From: Haplodiscus bocki
Taxonomy: Eukaryota
Assembly: GCA_965655095.1 (NCBI GenBank)
Contig: OZ296651.1
Span: forward strand, 45,012,001-45,076,000
Reading direction: 5' to 3'
Length of the DNA: 64,000 nucleotides
The notes beneath the pieces were generated by a model. That model saw only the letters and a program-made list of their open reading frames with translations, made no database searches and was not told the DNA's origin. Below, one piece after another: positions 26,101 to 38,275 of this stretch (within the stretch, counting starts at the first letter, position 1; each line of letters starts with the position of its first letter). A program made the translations under genes and the position numbers.

Positions 26101-29100
26101 AAAACTTGTTTAAAATGTTGTTTTTCAAAAAAAAACACATTTTCATGCAGTTTTTTCCGTCGAGGTCGTACTTAGTACTTCTAATATTTGTGGAGGAACA
26201 TTCCAATGAAACGTTTCAATGTGATATTTGCGTCAAAATCAAGAGTGTCCTGATTTTTCAAAAACTTCAAAATCTTTCAATCTCCCTGCATTTTCAAAAA
26301 CTTTTTATCGCAGCTAAGGGCTGGGTCGATCACACAAAATTCCAAAACGACAGCAATTTGGGATGGAACCATTGGGTTTTAACCTGTACGAATCTTTTTC
26401 TACGAATCCTGAAGTTGACGATACGAGGGTTCCAGTGAGTGCTTTTTTTTGAGTTCAAAAACCAAAGTCAACTTTCCTCACAATGATAAATTTGATGTGT
26501 TCATTCAAGATCTCAATCGACAATTTTACACTTGAAGAGCTTCCAACTCCTAAAAAGTCGACTCTTTGGAAAACTCTTCTGGAACTTTGGAAGTCGAACT
26601 TGAGAAAACAAGCTTTCTTTCTCCAGAATCCTGACGGTACGAAGAATACAAAAATGCTTTTTCGAAACAGAAAAATCGTGATGGTACTTTTACCTTTTTC
26701 TGTAACTGGAAGCTTGATGCTTACCTTCAAGGTCCTAATCTAGATCTTCTTCTGAGGAGCAGGATTCCATTGAAAAACGTTATTGTGATAGTTGCTTAAA
26801 AATTAAGGTGATCCCAAAATTATGAAACATGCTAAATTTTTCGAAGTTTTGCCTTTTTCGAACTCATGTTTTTCGTACCTACGGGCGGGACCTCTCACAG
26901 CAGAGTCTCATTCGACAGTTTTTCCAGAGGAAAATTTCAAATTGCAAAGTTTTTGCTTTTTTTTCTGAATCACGACACTCACAGTACGATTTTTCTAGAA
27001 AGTTCTCTTAACTCTGATTTGATTTTGGCTCAAAAAAAGAAATCAATTTTCCCTCAAAAAGAAGCTGGCTCCATTCCATCAAGGTTCCAAACAGCAGTTT
27101 TACGCTTGAGGAAGATTTGATTGAAAAAATGGTTTACAATGATCCGTCAAGGAGGTTTCCGACGGTTCCAAAACTCCATGAAGGGCTTTAACTTCGAGTC
27201 AAAACTTTTTTGGAAAATCATTTTGGTCAAAAATGCCGGTTTGGTTTCTTCAACTAAAGTCTTTATTGAGAGCATTGAATTGAAGGAAAGGGGTTGTTCG
27301 CGAATCCTATATCTTTTTCTATGTCAAAGTCCCGATTTTCCCGTACGTTCATAAAGAGCCCTCAAACTTGAATCATCTCGTTTCCAAAATTCATTTCAAT
27401 GCGCGACTACAGGCTCTATTCTTTTCAATATCGTGGCAAGCGACAGTGTTACAATTTTTGGGTCACTCAACGAAAAAGTCATTGATTTTGATCCTAAAAT
27501 CAAAATCGTGCTGATCACAATGATCCGAGTGCCATTACCAATCATTCCTACCTACTTCAAAATTATCTTTCCCCGTAACTCCGTAACTCTTGGTTTGATT
27601 AATTCCAACAATTTCTCAATGGGAACCTTCCAATCTATGCAAAACCATTTTTTTATAGTTTTTCGAATGTCTATTACTTTCACCAGAATCCAGACACTAC
27701 AAAGAATGCAAAACTTGTTTAAAATGTTGTTTTTCAAAAAAAAACACATTTTCATGCAGTTTTTTCCGTCGAGGTCGTACTTAGTACTTCTAATATTTGT
27801 GGAGGAGCATTCCAATGAAACGTTTCAATGTGATATTTGCGTCAAAATCAAGAGTGTCCTGATTTTTCAAAAACTTCAAAATTTTTCAATTTCCCTGCAT
27901 TTTCAAAAACTTTTTATCGCAGCTAAGGGCTGGGTCGATCACACAAAATTCCAAAACGACAGCAATTTGGGATGGAACGATTGGGTTTTAACCTGTACGA
28001 ATCTTTTTCTACGAATCCTGAAGTTGACGATACGAGGGTTCCAGTGAGTGCTTTTTTTGTTTGAGTTCAAAAACCAAAGTCAACTTTCCTCACAATGATA
28101 AATTTGATGTGTAAATTCAAGATCTCAATCGACAATTTTACACTTGAAGAGCTTCCAACTCCTAAAAAATCGACTCTTTGGGAAACTCTTCTGGAACTCT
28201 GGAAGTCGAACTTGAGAAAACAAGCTTTCTTTCTCCAGAATCCTGACGGTACGAAGAATACAAAAATGCTTTTTCGAAACTGAAAAATCGTGATGGTACT
28301 TTTACCTTTTTCTGTAACTAGAAACTTGATGTTTACCTTCAAGGTCCTAATCTAGAGCTTCTTCTGAGGAGCAGGATTCCATTGGAAAACGTTATTGTGA
28401 TAGTTGCTTAAAAATTATGGTGATCCCAAAATTATGAAACATGCTAAATTTTTCGAAGCTTTGCCTTTTTCGAACTCATGTTTTTCGTACTTAGAGGCGG
28501 GACCTTTCACATCAGAGTCTCATTCGACAGTTTATTGAGAGGAAAAATACAAATTGCAAACTTTTTGCTTTTTTCTGAATCACGACACTCACAGTACGAT
28601 TTTTCTAGAAAGTTCTCTTAACCCTTATTTTGGCTCAAAAAAGGAAATCAACTTTTCCCTTAAAAGAACTGGCTCTGTTCCATCAAAGTTCCAAGCAGCA
28701 GTTTTACGCTTTGAAGAAGATTTGATTCAAAAAATCTTTTACAATGATCCATCAATGAAGTTTCCGACGGTCCCAGGATTCGAGGAAAGGCTTTTACTTT
28801 GACTGAAATTCTTTTTTGAAACTCATTTTTGCCGAAAGAGCTGGTTTGATGTCTTCAACTAAGGCCTTTATCTAGAGCAATAAATAAATGGAAAGGGTTT
28901 GTCTGAGGATCCTATATTCTTATCTATGTCAAATTCCCGATTTTCCCGCATGTTCAGAACGTGCCCTCAAACTTGCATCATCTCAATTTCAAAATTCATT
29001 TCAAAGCGCGACTACCGGCTCTATTTCTCTCAATACCCTGGTTCGAGACAGCGTTACATTTTTTAAACACTCAACGAAAAAGTCATTGATTTTCATCCAA

Positions 29101-32100
29101 AAATCGAAATCGTGCTGGTCACAATGATCCGAGTGCCATTACCAATCATTCCTACCTACTTCGAAAATATCTTTCCCCGTAACTCCGTAACTCTTGGTTT
29201 GATTAATTCCAACAATTTCTCAATGGGAACCTTACAAACTATGCAAAACCATTTTTTTATAGTTTTTCGAATGTCTATTACTTTCACCAGAATCCAGACA
29301 CTACAAAGAATGCAAAACTTGTTTAAAATGTTGTTTTTCAAAAAAAAACACCTTTTCATGCAGTTTTTTCCGTCGAGGTCGTACTTAGTACTTCTAATAT
29401 TTGTGGAGGAGCATTCCAATGAAACGTTTCAATGTGATATTTGCGTCAAAATCAAGAGTGTCCTGATTTTTCAAAAACTTCAAAATCTTTCAATTTCCCT
29501 GCATTTTCAAAAACTTTTTATCGCAGCTAAGGGCTGGGTCGATCACACAAAATTCCAAAACGACAGCAATTTGGGATGGAACCATTGGGTTTTAACCTGT
29601 ACGAATCTTTTTCTACGAATCCTGAAGTTGACGATACGAGGGTTCCAGTGAGTGCTTTTTTTTGAGTTCAAAAACCAAAGTCAACTTTCCTCACAATGAT
29701 AAATTTGATGTGTTCATTCAAGATCTCAATCGAAAATTTTACACTTGAAGAGCTTCCAACTCCTAAAAAAATCGACTCTTTGGAAAACTCTTCTGAAACT
29801 TGGGAAGTCGAACTTGAAAAAACAAGCTTTCTTTCTCCAGAATCCTGACGGTACGAAGAATACAAAAATGCTTTTTCCAAACTGAAAAATCGTGATGGTA
29901 CTTTTACCTTTTTCTGTAACTAAAAGCTTGATGTTTACCTTCAAGCTCCTAATCTAGAGCTTCTTCTGAGGAGCAGGATTCCATTGGAAAACGTTATTGT
30001 GATAGTTGCTTAAAAATTATGGTGATCCCAAAATTATGAAACATGCTAAATTTTTCGAAGCTTTTCCTCTTTCAAACTCACGTTTTTCATACCTAGAGGC
30101 GGGATCTTTCACATCAGAGTCTCATTCGACAGTTTATTCAGAGGAAAAAAAAATTGCAAACTTTTTGCTTTTTTCTGAATCACGACACTCACAGTACGGT
30201 TTTTCTAGAAAGTTCTCTTAACCCTGATTTTGGCTCAAAAAAGGAAATCAACTTTTCCCTTTAAAAAAACTGGCTCTGTTCCATCAAAGTTCCAAGCAGC
30301 AGTTTTACGCTTTGAAGAAGATTTGATTCAAAAAATCTTTTACAATGATCCATCAATGAAGTTTCCGACGGTCCCAGGATTCGAGGAAAGGCTTTTACTT
30401 TGACTGAAATTCTTTTTTGAAACTCATTTTTGTCGAAAGAGCTGGTTTGATGTCTTCAACTAAGGCCTTTATCCAGAGCAATAATTAAAAGGAAAGGGTT
30501 TGTTTGAGGATCCTATATTTTTATCTATGTCAAATTCCCGTTTTTTCCGTATGTTCAGAACGTGCCCTCAAACTTGAATCATCTCAATTTCAAAATTCAT
30601 TTCAAAGCGCGACTACCGGCTCTATTTCTCTCAATACCCTGGCACGAGACAGCGTTACATTTTTTAAACACTCAACGAAAAATTCATTGATTTTCATCCA
30701 AAAATCCAAATCGTGCTGGTCACAATGATCCGAGTGCCATTACCAATCATTCCTACCTACTTCGAAATTATCTTTCCCCGTAACTCCGTAACTCTTGGTT
30801 TGATTAATTCCAACAATTTCTCAATGGAAACTTTCCAATCTATGCAAAACCAATTTTTTATAGTTTTTCGAATGTCTATTACTTTCACCAGAATCCAGAC
30901 ACTACAAAGAATGCAAAACTTGTTTAAAATGTTGTTTTTCAAAAAAAAACACATTTTCATGCAGTTTTTTCCGTCGAGGTCGTACTTAGTACTTCTAATA
31001 TTTGTGGAGGAACATTCCAATGAAACGTTTCAATGTGATATTTGCGTCAAAATCAAGAGTGTCCTGATTTTCAAAAAACTTCAAAAACTTTCAACTTCCC
31101 TGCTTTTTAAAAAACATTTTAGCGTAGCTAAGTTCTAGGTCGCTCCCACAAAGTTCCAAATTGACAAATTTTGGGAAACGAACGATTTGGTTTCACTTTT
31201 TAAGCTATCTTTTTCTACGAATCATGAAGTTGACGATATAAAGGTTCCAGTAACTGCTCTCTTTTTGTTTTGTTTCAGAAACCAAATTCCAGTTTCCCCG
31301 TAATGAGAAGTTTGATGTGTCCATTCAAGTTCTCAGTCGACAGTTTTACACTTGAAAAGATTCCAATTCTGAAAAAATCGACTCCTTTGAAAACTCTACT
31401 GAAACCTCGGAAGTCCAACTTTCGAAAACAAGTTCTCTTTCTCCAGAATCCTGACAAAACGAAGAATACAAATTGTGTTTTTTGAAACTGAAAATTCTTG
31501 ATAATATTTTTCACTTTTTTCCGTAACTAGAAACTTGACGTCTACCTTCAAGGTCCTAATCTAAAGTTTTTCTCTGGAGCAGGGTTCCAATGAAAATCGT
31601 TATTGTGATGGTTGCGTAAAAATTTTGATTATCCCAAAGTTATAAAACATACTAAAATATTCGGACCTTTCCCTTTTTCAAACTAATTTTCCTCGTAACT
31701 ACGGGCGGGATCTCTCACATCAGAGTCTCTTTCGACAGTTTTTTCGGAAGAAAAAATTAAATTGCAAAATTTTGCTTTTTTATCTGAAACACGACACTCA
31801 CAGTACGATATTTCTAGAAAGTTCTCTTAACTCTGAATTTGGCTCAAAAAAAGAAATCAACTTCTTCCTTAAAAAGAAGCTGGCTCTGTTCCAACATTGT
31901 TCCAAACAGCAGTTTTACGCTTGAAGAGGATTTGATCAAAAAAATCAAATAAAAGGATCCGTCAATGAAGTTTCCGACGGTCCCAGGAATCGAGGAATGG
32001 CTTTTATTTTGAGTCAAAATCTTTTTTGGAACTCATTTCTGACAAAAAATTGGTTTGGTGTCTTAAACTAAAGTTTTTATCCAGAGCAATAAATTAAAGG

Positions 32101-35100
32101 AAAGGGGTTGTTTGAGAATCCTATATTTTTGTCTTTTTCAAAGTCCTCATTCTCCCGCATGTTCAGACGGTGCCCTCACATTTGAATCATCTCGATTTCA
32201 AAATTCAATTCATTGCGCAACTACAGGCTTTTTTTTCAATACGGTGGCAGGCAACAGCCTTACATTTTTTGAAAACTCAACCAAAAAGTCATTCAGTTTG
32301 ATCCTAAAATCAAAAGTTTGCTGGTCACAAGGATCCGAGTGCCATTACCAATTATTCCTCCCAGTTTCGGAACTATTTTTGGTCGTATTATCTAGTTTGA
32401 AAAATTCCAACACGTTCTCAATGGGACTTTTCCAATCTACTCAAAAACACTTTTTTATAATTTTCCTAATGTCTATTACTTATATCAGAAACCAGACATT
32501 ACAATGGTTACAAAATTTGTTTACCTCGTTGATTCTCAAAAAAAAACTCATTTTCTTGCAATTTTTGCCGTCGAGGTTGTACTTAGAAATTTTATTAGTT
32601 GTGGACGAGCATTCCACTGAAACGTTTTAAAGTGATATTTGCGTCAAAATCAAGAGTGTCCAGATTTTCCAAAAACTTCAACAACTTTTCATTTGCCGGC
32701 TTTTTTAAACACCTTTTTTTCGCAGTTAAGTGCTAGGTCGCTCCCACAAAATTCCAAATCGGCAGTTTTTTGGGAGGTAATGATTGGGTCTCAACTTTTA
32801 CAATTAGTTTTCCAGGAATCTTGAAGTTGACGATATGAGGGTTCCAGTAACTGCTCTCTTTTTGTTTTGTTTCAAAAACCCAAACCAACTCTACCCATAA
32901 TGAGAAGCTGGATCTGTTCGATCAAGTTCTCAATCGGCAGTTTTACACTTGAAGAGCTTCCTTTTCTGAAAAAAATCAACTATTTTGATCCCTCTACTAA
33001 AATTTCGGGAGTCCGACGTTCGAAAAGAAGCTTTTGATTCTTCAGAACCATGACAGTTCGAAGAATACAAAAACTGCTTTTTGAAACTGAAAACTTTTTT
33101 CCGTAACTAGAATCTTGATGTCTACCATCAGGGTCCTAATTTAAAGTTTTACTGTGGAGCAGGATTCCAACGAAATTCGTTATTGTGATGGTTGCGTAAA
33201 AATTTCGATTATCCCAAATTTATAAAACATACTAAATTATTCGGACTTTTCCCTTTTTCAAACTAATTTTCCTCGTAACTGCGGGCGGGATCTCTCACAT
33301 CAGAGTCTCTTTCGACAATTTTTTCGGAAGAAAAAATTAAATTGCAAACTTTTTGCTCTTTTATCTGAAACACGACACTCACAGTACGATATTTCTAGAA
33401 AGTTCTCTTAACCCTGAATTTGGCTCAAAAAAAGAAATCAACTTTTCCCTTAAAAAGAAGCTGGCTCTGTTCCAACAATGTTCCAAACAGCAGTTTTACG
33501 CTTGAAGAGGATTTGATCAAAAAAATCAAATACAAGGATCCGTCAATGAAGTTTCCGACGGTCCCAGGAATCGAGGAATGGCTTTTATATTGAGTCAAAA
33601 TCTTTTTTGGAACTCATTTCTGACAAAAAATTGGTTTGGTGTCTTAAACTAAAGTTTTTATCCAGAGCAATAAATTAAAGGAAAGGGGTTGTTTGAGAAT
33701 CCTATATTTTTGTCTTTTTCAAAGTCCTCATTCTCCCGCATGTTCAGAAGGTGCCCTCACATTTGAATCATCTCGATTTCAAAATTCAATTCATTGCGCA
33801 ACTACAGGCTTTTTTTCAATACGGTGGCAGGCAACAGCCTTACATTTTTTGAAAACTCAACCAAAAAGTCATTCATTTTGATCCTAAAATCAAAAGTTTG
33901 CTGGTCACAAGGATCCGAGTGCCATTACCAATTATTCCTCCCAGTTTCGGAACTATTTTTGGTCGTATTATCTGGTTTGAAAAATTCCAACACGTTCTCA
34001 ATGGGACTTTTCCAATTTACTCAAAAACACTTTTTTAAAATTTTCCTAATGTCTATTACTTATATCAGAAACCAGACATTACAATGGTTACAAACTTTGT
34101 TTACCTCGTTGATTTTCAAAAAAAACTCATTTTCTTGCAATTTTTGCCATCGAGGTTGTACTTAGAACTTTTATTATTTGTGGACGAGCATTCCACTGAA
34201 ACGTTTTAAAGTGATATTTGCGTCAAAATCAAGTGTGTCCAGATTTTCCAAAAACTTCAACAACTTTTAATTTCCCGGCTTTTTTAAACACATTTTTTTC
34301 GCAGTTAAGTGCTAGGTCGCTCCCACAAAATTCCAAATCGGCAGTTTTTCGTGAGGTAATGATTGGGTCTCAACTTTTACAATTAGTTTTCCCGGAATCT
34401 TGAAGTTGACGATATGAGGGTTCCAGTAACTGCTCTCTTTTTGTTTTGTTTCAAAAACCCAAACCAACTCTACCCATAATGAGAAGCTGGATCTGTTCGA
34501 TCAAGTTCTCAATCGGCAGTTTTACACTTGAAGAGCTTCCTTTTCTGAAAAAATCAACTATTTTGATCCCTCTACTAAAATTTCGGGAGTCCGACGTTCG
34601 AAAAGAAGCTTTTGATTCTTCAGAACCATGACAGTTCGAAGAATACAAAAACTGCTTTTTGAAACTGAAAACTTTTTTCCGTAACTAGAATCTTGATGTC
34701 TACCATCAGGGTCCTAATTTAAAGTTTTACTGTGGAGCAGGATTCCAATGAAAATCATTATTGTGATGGTTGCGTAAAAATTTTGATTATCCCAAAATTA
34801 CAAAACATACTAAAATATTCGGACCTTTCCCTTTTTCAAACTAATTTTCCTCGTAACTACGGGCGGGATCTCTCACATCAGAGTCTCTTCCGACATTTTT
34901 TTCGGAAGAAAAAACTAAATTGCAAACTTTTTGCTTTTTTATCTGAAACACGACATTCACAGTACGAGATTTCTAGAAAGTTCTCTTAACTATGACTTTG
35001 GCTCAAAAAAGGAAATCAGCTTTTCCCTTAAAAAGAAGCTGCCTCTGTTCCAACAATGTTCCAAACAGCAGTTTTACGCTTGAAGAGGATTTGATCGAAA

Positions 35101-36480
35101 AAATCAATTACAAGAATCCGTCAATGAAGTTTCCGACGGTCCCACGAATGGAGGAATGGCTTTTATTTTGAGTCAAAATCTTTTTTGAAACTCATTTCTG
35201 ACAAAAAATTGGTTTGGTGTCCTAAACTAAAGTCTTTATCCAGAGCAATAAATTAAAGGAAAGCGGTTGTTTGAGAATCCTATATTTTTGTCTTTTTCAA
35301 AGTCCCCATTCTCCCGTATGTTCAGAAGGTGCCCTCACATTTGAATCATCTCGATTTCAAAAATCAATTCATTGCGCGACTACAGGCTTTTTTTTCAATA
35401 CGGTGGCAGGTAACAGCCTTACATTTTTTGAAAACTCAACCAAAAAGTCATTCATTTTGATCCTAAAATCAAAAGTTTGCTGGTCACAAGGATCCGAGTG
35501 CCATTACCAATTATTCCTCCCAGTTTCGGAACTATTTTTGGTCGTATTATCTGGTTTGAAAATTTCCAAGACGTTCTCAATGGGACTTTTCCAATCTACT
35601 CAATAACACCTTTTTATAATTTTCCTAATGTCTATTACTTATATCAGAAACCAGACATTACAATGGTTACAAAATTTGTTTACCTCGTTGATTTTCAAAA
35701 AAAAACTCATTTTCTTGCAATTTTTGCCGTCGAGGTTGTTTTTAGAACTTTTATTAGTTGTGGACGAGCATTCGAATGAAACGTTTTCAAGTGATATTTG
35801 CGTCAAAATCAAGAGTTTCAAGATTTTCCAAAAACTTCAACAACTTTTAATTTCCCGGCTTTTTTAAACACCTTTTTTTCGCAGTTAAGTGCTAGGTCGC
35901 TCCCACAAAATTCCAAATCGGCAGTTTTTTGGGAGGTAATGATTGGGTCTCAACTTTTACAATTAGTTTTCCAGGAATCTTGAAGTTGACGATATGAGGG
36001 TTCCAGTAACTGCTCTCTTTTTGTTTTGTTTCAAAACCCAAACCAACTCTACCCATAATGAGAAGTTCGATCTGTTCGATCAAGTTCTCAATCGGCAGTT
36101 TTACACTTGAAGAGCTTCCTTTTCTGAAAAAAATCAACTATTTTGATCCCTCTACTAAAATTTAGGGAGTCCGACGTTCGAAAAGAAGCTTTTGATTCTT
36201 CAGAACCCTGACAGTTCGAAGAATACAAAAACTGCTTTTTGAAACTGAAAACTTTTTTCCGTAACTAGAATCTTGATGTCTACCATCAGGGTCCTAATCT
36301 AAAGTTTTACTGTGGAGCAGGATTCCAATGAAAATCATTATTGTGATGGTTGCGTAAAAATTTTGATTATCCCGTAATTACAAAACATTCTAAAATATTC
36401 GGACCTTTCCCTTTTTCAAACTAATTTTCCTCGTAACAACAGGCGGGATCTCTCACATCAGGGTCTCTGTCGACAATTTT
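17151..36480 (+). repeat. Family 1: 9-mer HOR, 12 units plus a partial (unit 1.60-1.61 kb centrally, 1.58 kb in the last three, 1.54 kb in the first)
   Basis: Equivalent E1 positions at ~17151, 18691, 20295, 21905, 23505, 25105, 26707, 28319, 29921, 31528, 33108, 34686, 36266. The ORF track shows the same period (20071, 21681, 23281, 24882, 26483, 28095). Confidence 0.95.
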
Positions 36481-38275
36481 TTTGGATAGATTCCAATTCT
36501 TTAAAAATCGACTCTTTTGAAAACTCTACTGAAACTTCGGAAGTCCAAGTTTCGAAAACAAGCTCTCTTTCTCCAGAATCCTGACAAAACGAAGAATACA
36601 AATATTGTCTTTTGAAACTGAAAATTCTTGATAAAAGTTTTCACTTTTTTCCGTAACTAGAAACTTGATGTCTACCTTCAAGGTCCTAATCTAAAGTTTT
36701 TCTGTGGAGCAGGATTCCATTGAAAATAGTTATTGTGATGGTTGCGTAAAATTTATGATGATCCCAAGAATATGAAACAAGCTAAAATATTCGAACCTTT
36801 CCTTCTCTCAAACTCATTTTCGTCGTAACTACGAGCTCAAATAGTCGAATGGGAGTCTCAATTGGCAGCTTTTTTTAAATAAACACTTCGATTGCAAACT
36901 TTTTGTTAGTTTTTTTCCGAACCATGACATTGACAGTACGTATTTTCCAAAAAAATTCTCAATTTTGTTTTTGTCTCAAAAATCATAATTAAATCTCCCC
37001 GTAAAAAAAGAGACTAGCTGTGTTCTATCAGGGTATCAAACAGCAGTTTTACACTTAAAGAATTTCTGACTGAATAAAACAATTACATTGGCACCTCCGT
37101 CAAATTTCCGACAGTCCCAACGTTTGAGAAATGGCTTTTACTTTGAATCAAAGTCTACACTCAAACTCGTTTTTGTCCGTAAAAACCAGTTTGGCTTCCT
37201 CAACTAAAGTCTTTAACCACAGGATTGAAAGAAAACAAAAAGATTTTTTGAAAATCTTTGATTTTTTAATGTCAAAAAGTCCCAATTTCCCGCGAAGTGA
37301 CAAAATGACCTCAAATCTGACACTTCTACGTTTCAGAACTCATTTGTAACCGTGACTCCAGGCTTCAATTCTTTCATTACGATGACAGACGACAATTTTC
37401 CAGTTGAGGAACGCTAGATCCAAAAACTCGTTCACTTTGTTGATCTTTGCATCAAAATTGTGTTGATCCAAATTATTCAGGTGCAATTACTAATACTCTT
37501 TTTCAGCTTTGAAACTATCTCCTCACCGTAGCTTCGGGTTCGCTTCAATCCATCACTTTTCAAGAAAAATTTTCTTCATTTTCTTCAAAACATTTTTGCT
37601 GAAAAAAACAGGTTTAGCCCTTCCATCAGAAGCCGGACACTACGAACGTTACAAAAATTGTTTAATACGTTTATTCTTCTCGGTTAAAAAATTCTTTTTT
37701 GTCCGCAACTTATGGCTTTATATCTTCCATTTTCTTAACTGTGGAGGAAGATTCCAATCAAAAGCTTTACTGTGATCAGTGCGTCGAGAGTATGATGATC
37801 CAAAAATTCCAGAACACTTCAAAAGGTTCGACTCTTTTCGTTTTCAAACTCGTCTCTTTCGTAGCTTCGAGCCGGGTCTCTCAAATTAGAGTCTCAAATG
37901 ACAATTTTTTCAAAGTAAACAATTCGATTGCAAACGTTTTGCCTATTTTTTTCTGAATCACGACACTGAATGTACGAATTCTCAAAAAACTTCTCTCAAT
38001 GTTGATTTTGCGTCAAAAATGTGATTTAGATGTAATTAGAACCTGGCTGTGTTCCATCAATGTCTCAAACAGCAGTTTGACACTTAAAGAGCGTTTGATT
38101 TAAGAAAATCATTTACAATGATGTCTCCGTCAAATGTTTTATGGTCTCAAGATTCGAGAATGGTATTTTAGTTTATGTCATAGTCTACTTTCAAACTCAT
38201 TTTTGTCCCTAAATACTTTTTTGATTTCCTCAACCAAAGCCTTTATCGAAAGCATTAATTTGGAGAAAAGTTGCA
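36481..38275 (+). repeat. Family 1: diverged right-hand tail (~10 monomers)
   Basis: E 36655, F 36825, A 37000, B 37180, C 37350, D 37527, E ~37700, F 37860, A 38030, truncated B 38208; clearly more diverged than the 9-mer units. Confidence 0.8.
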
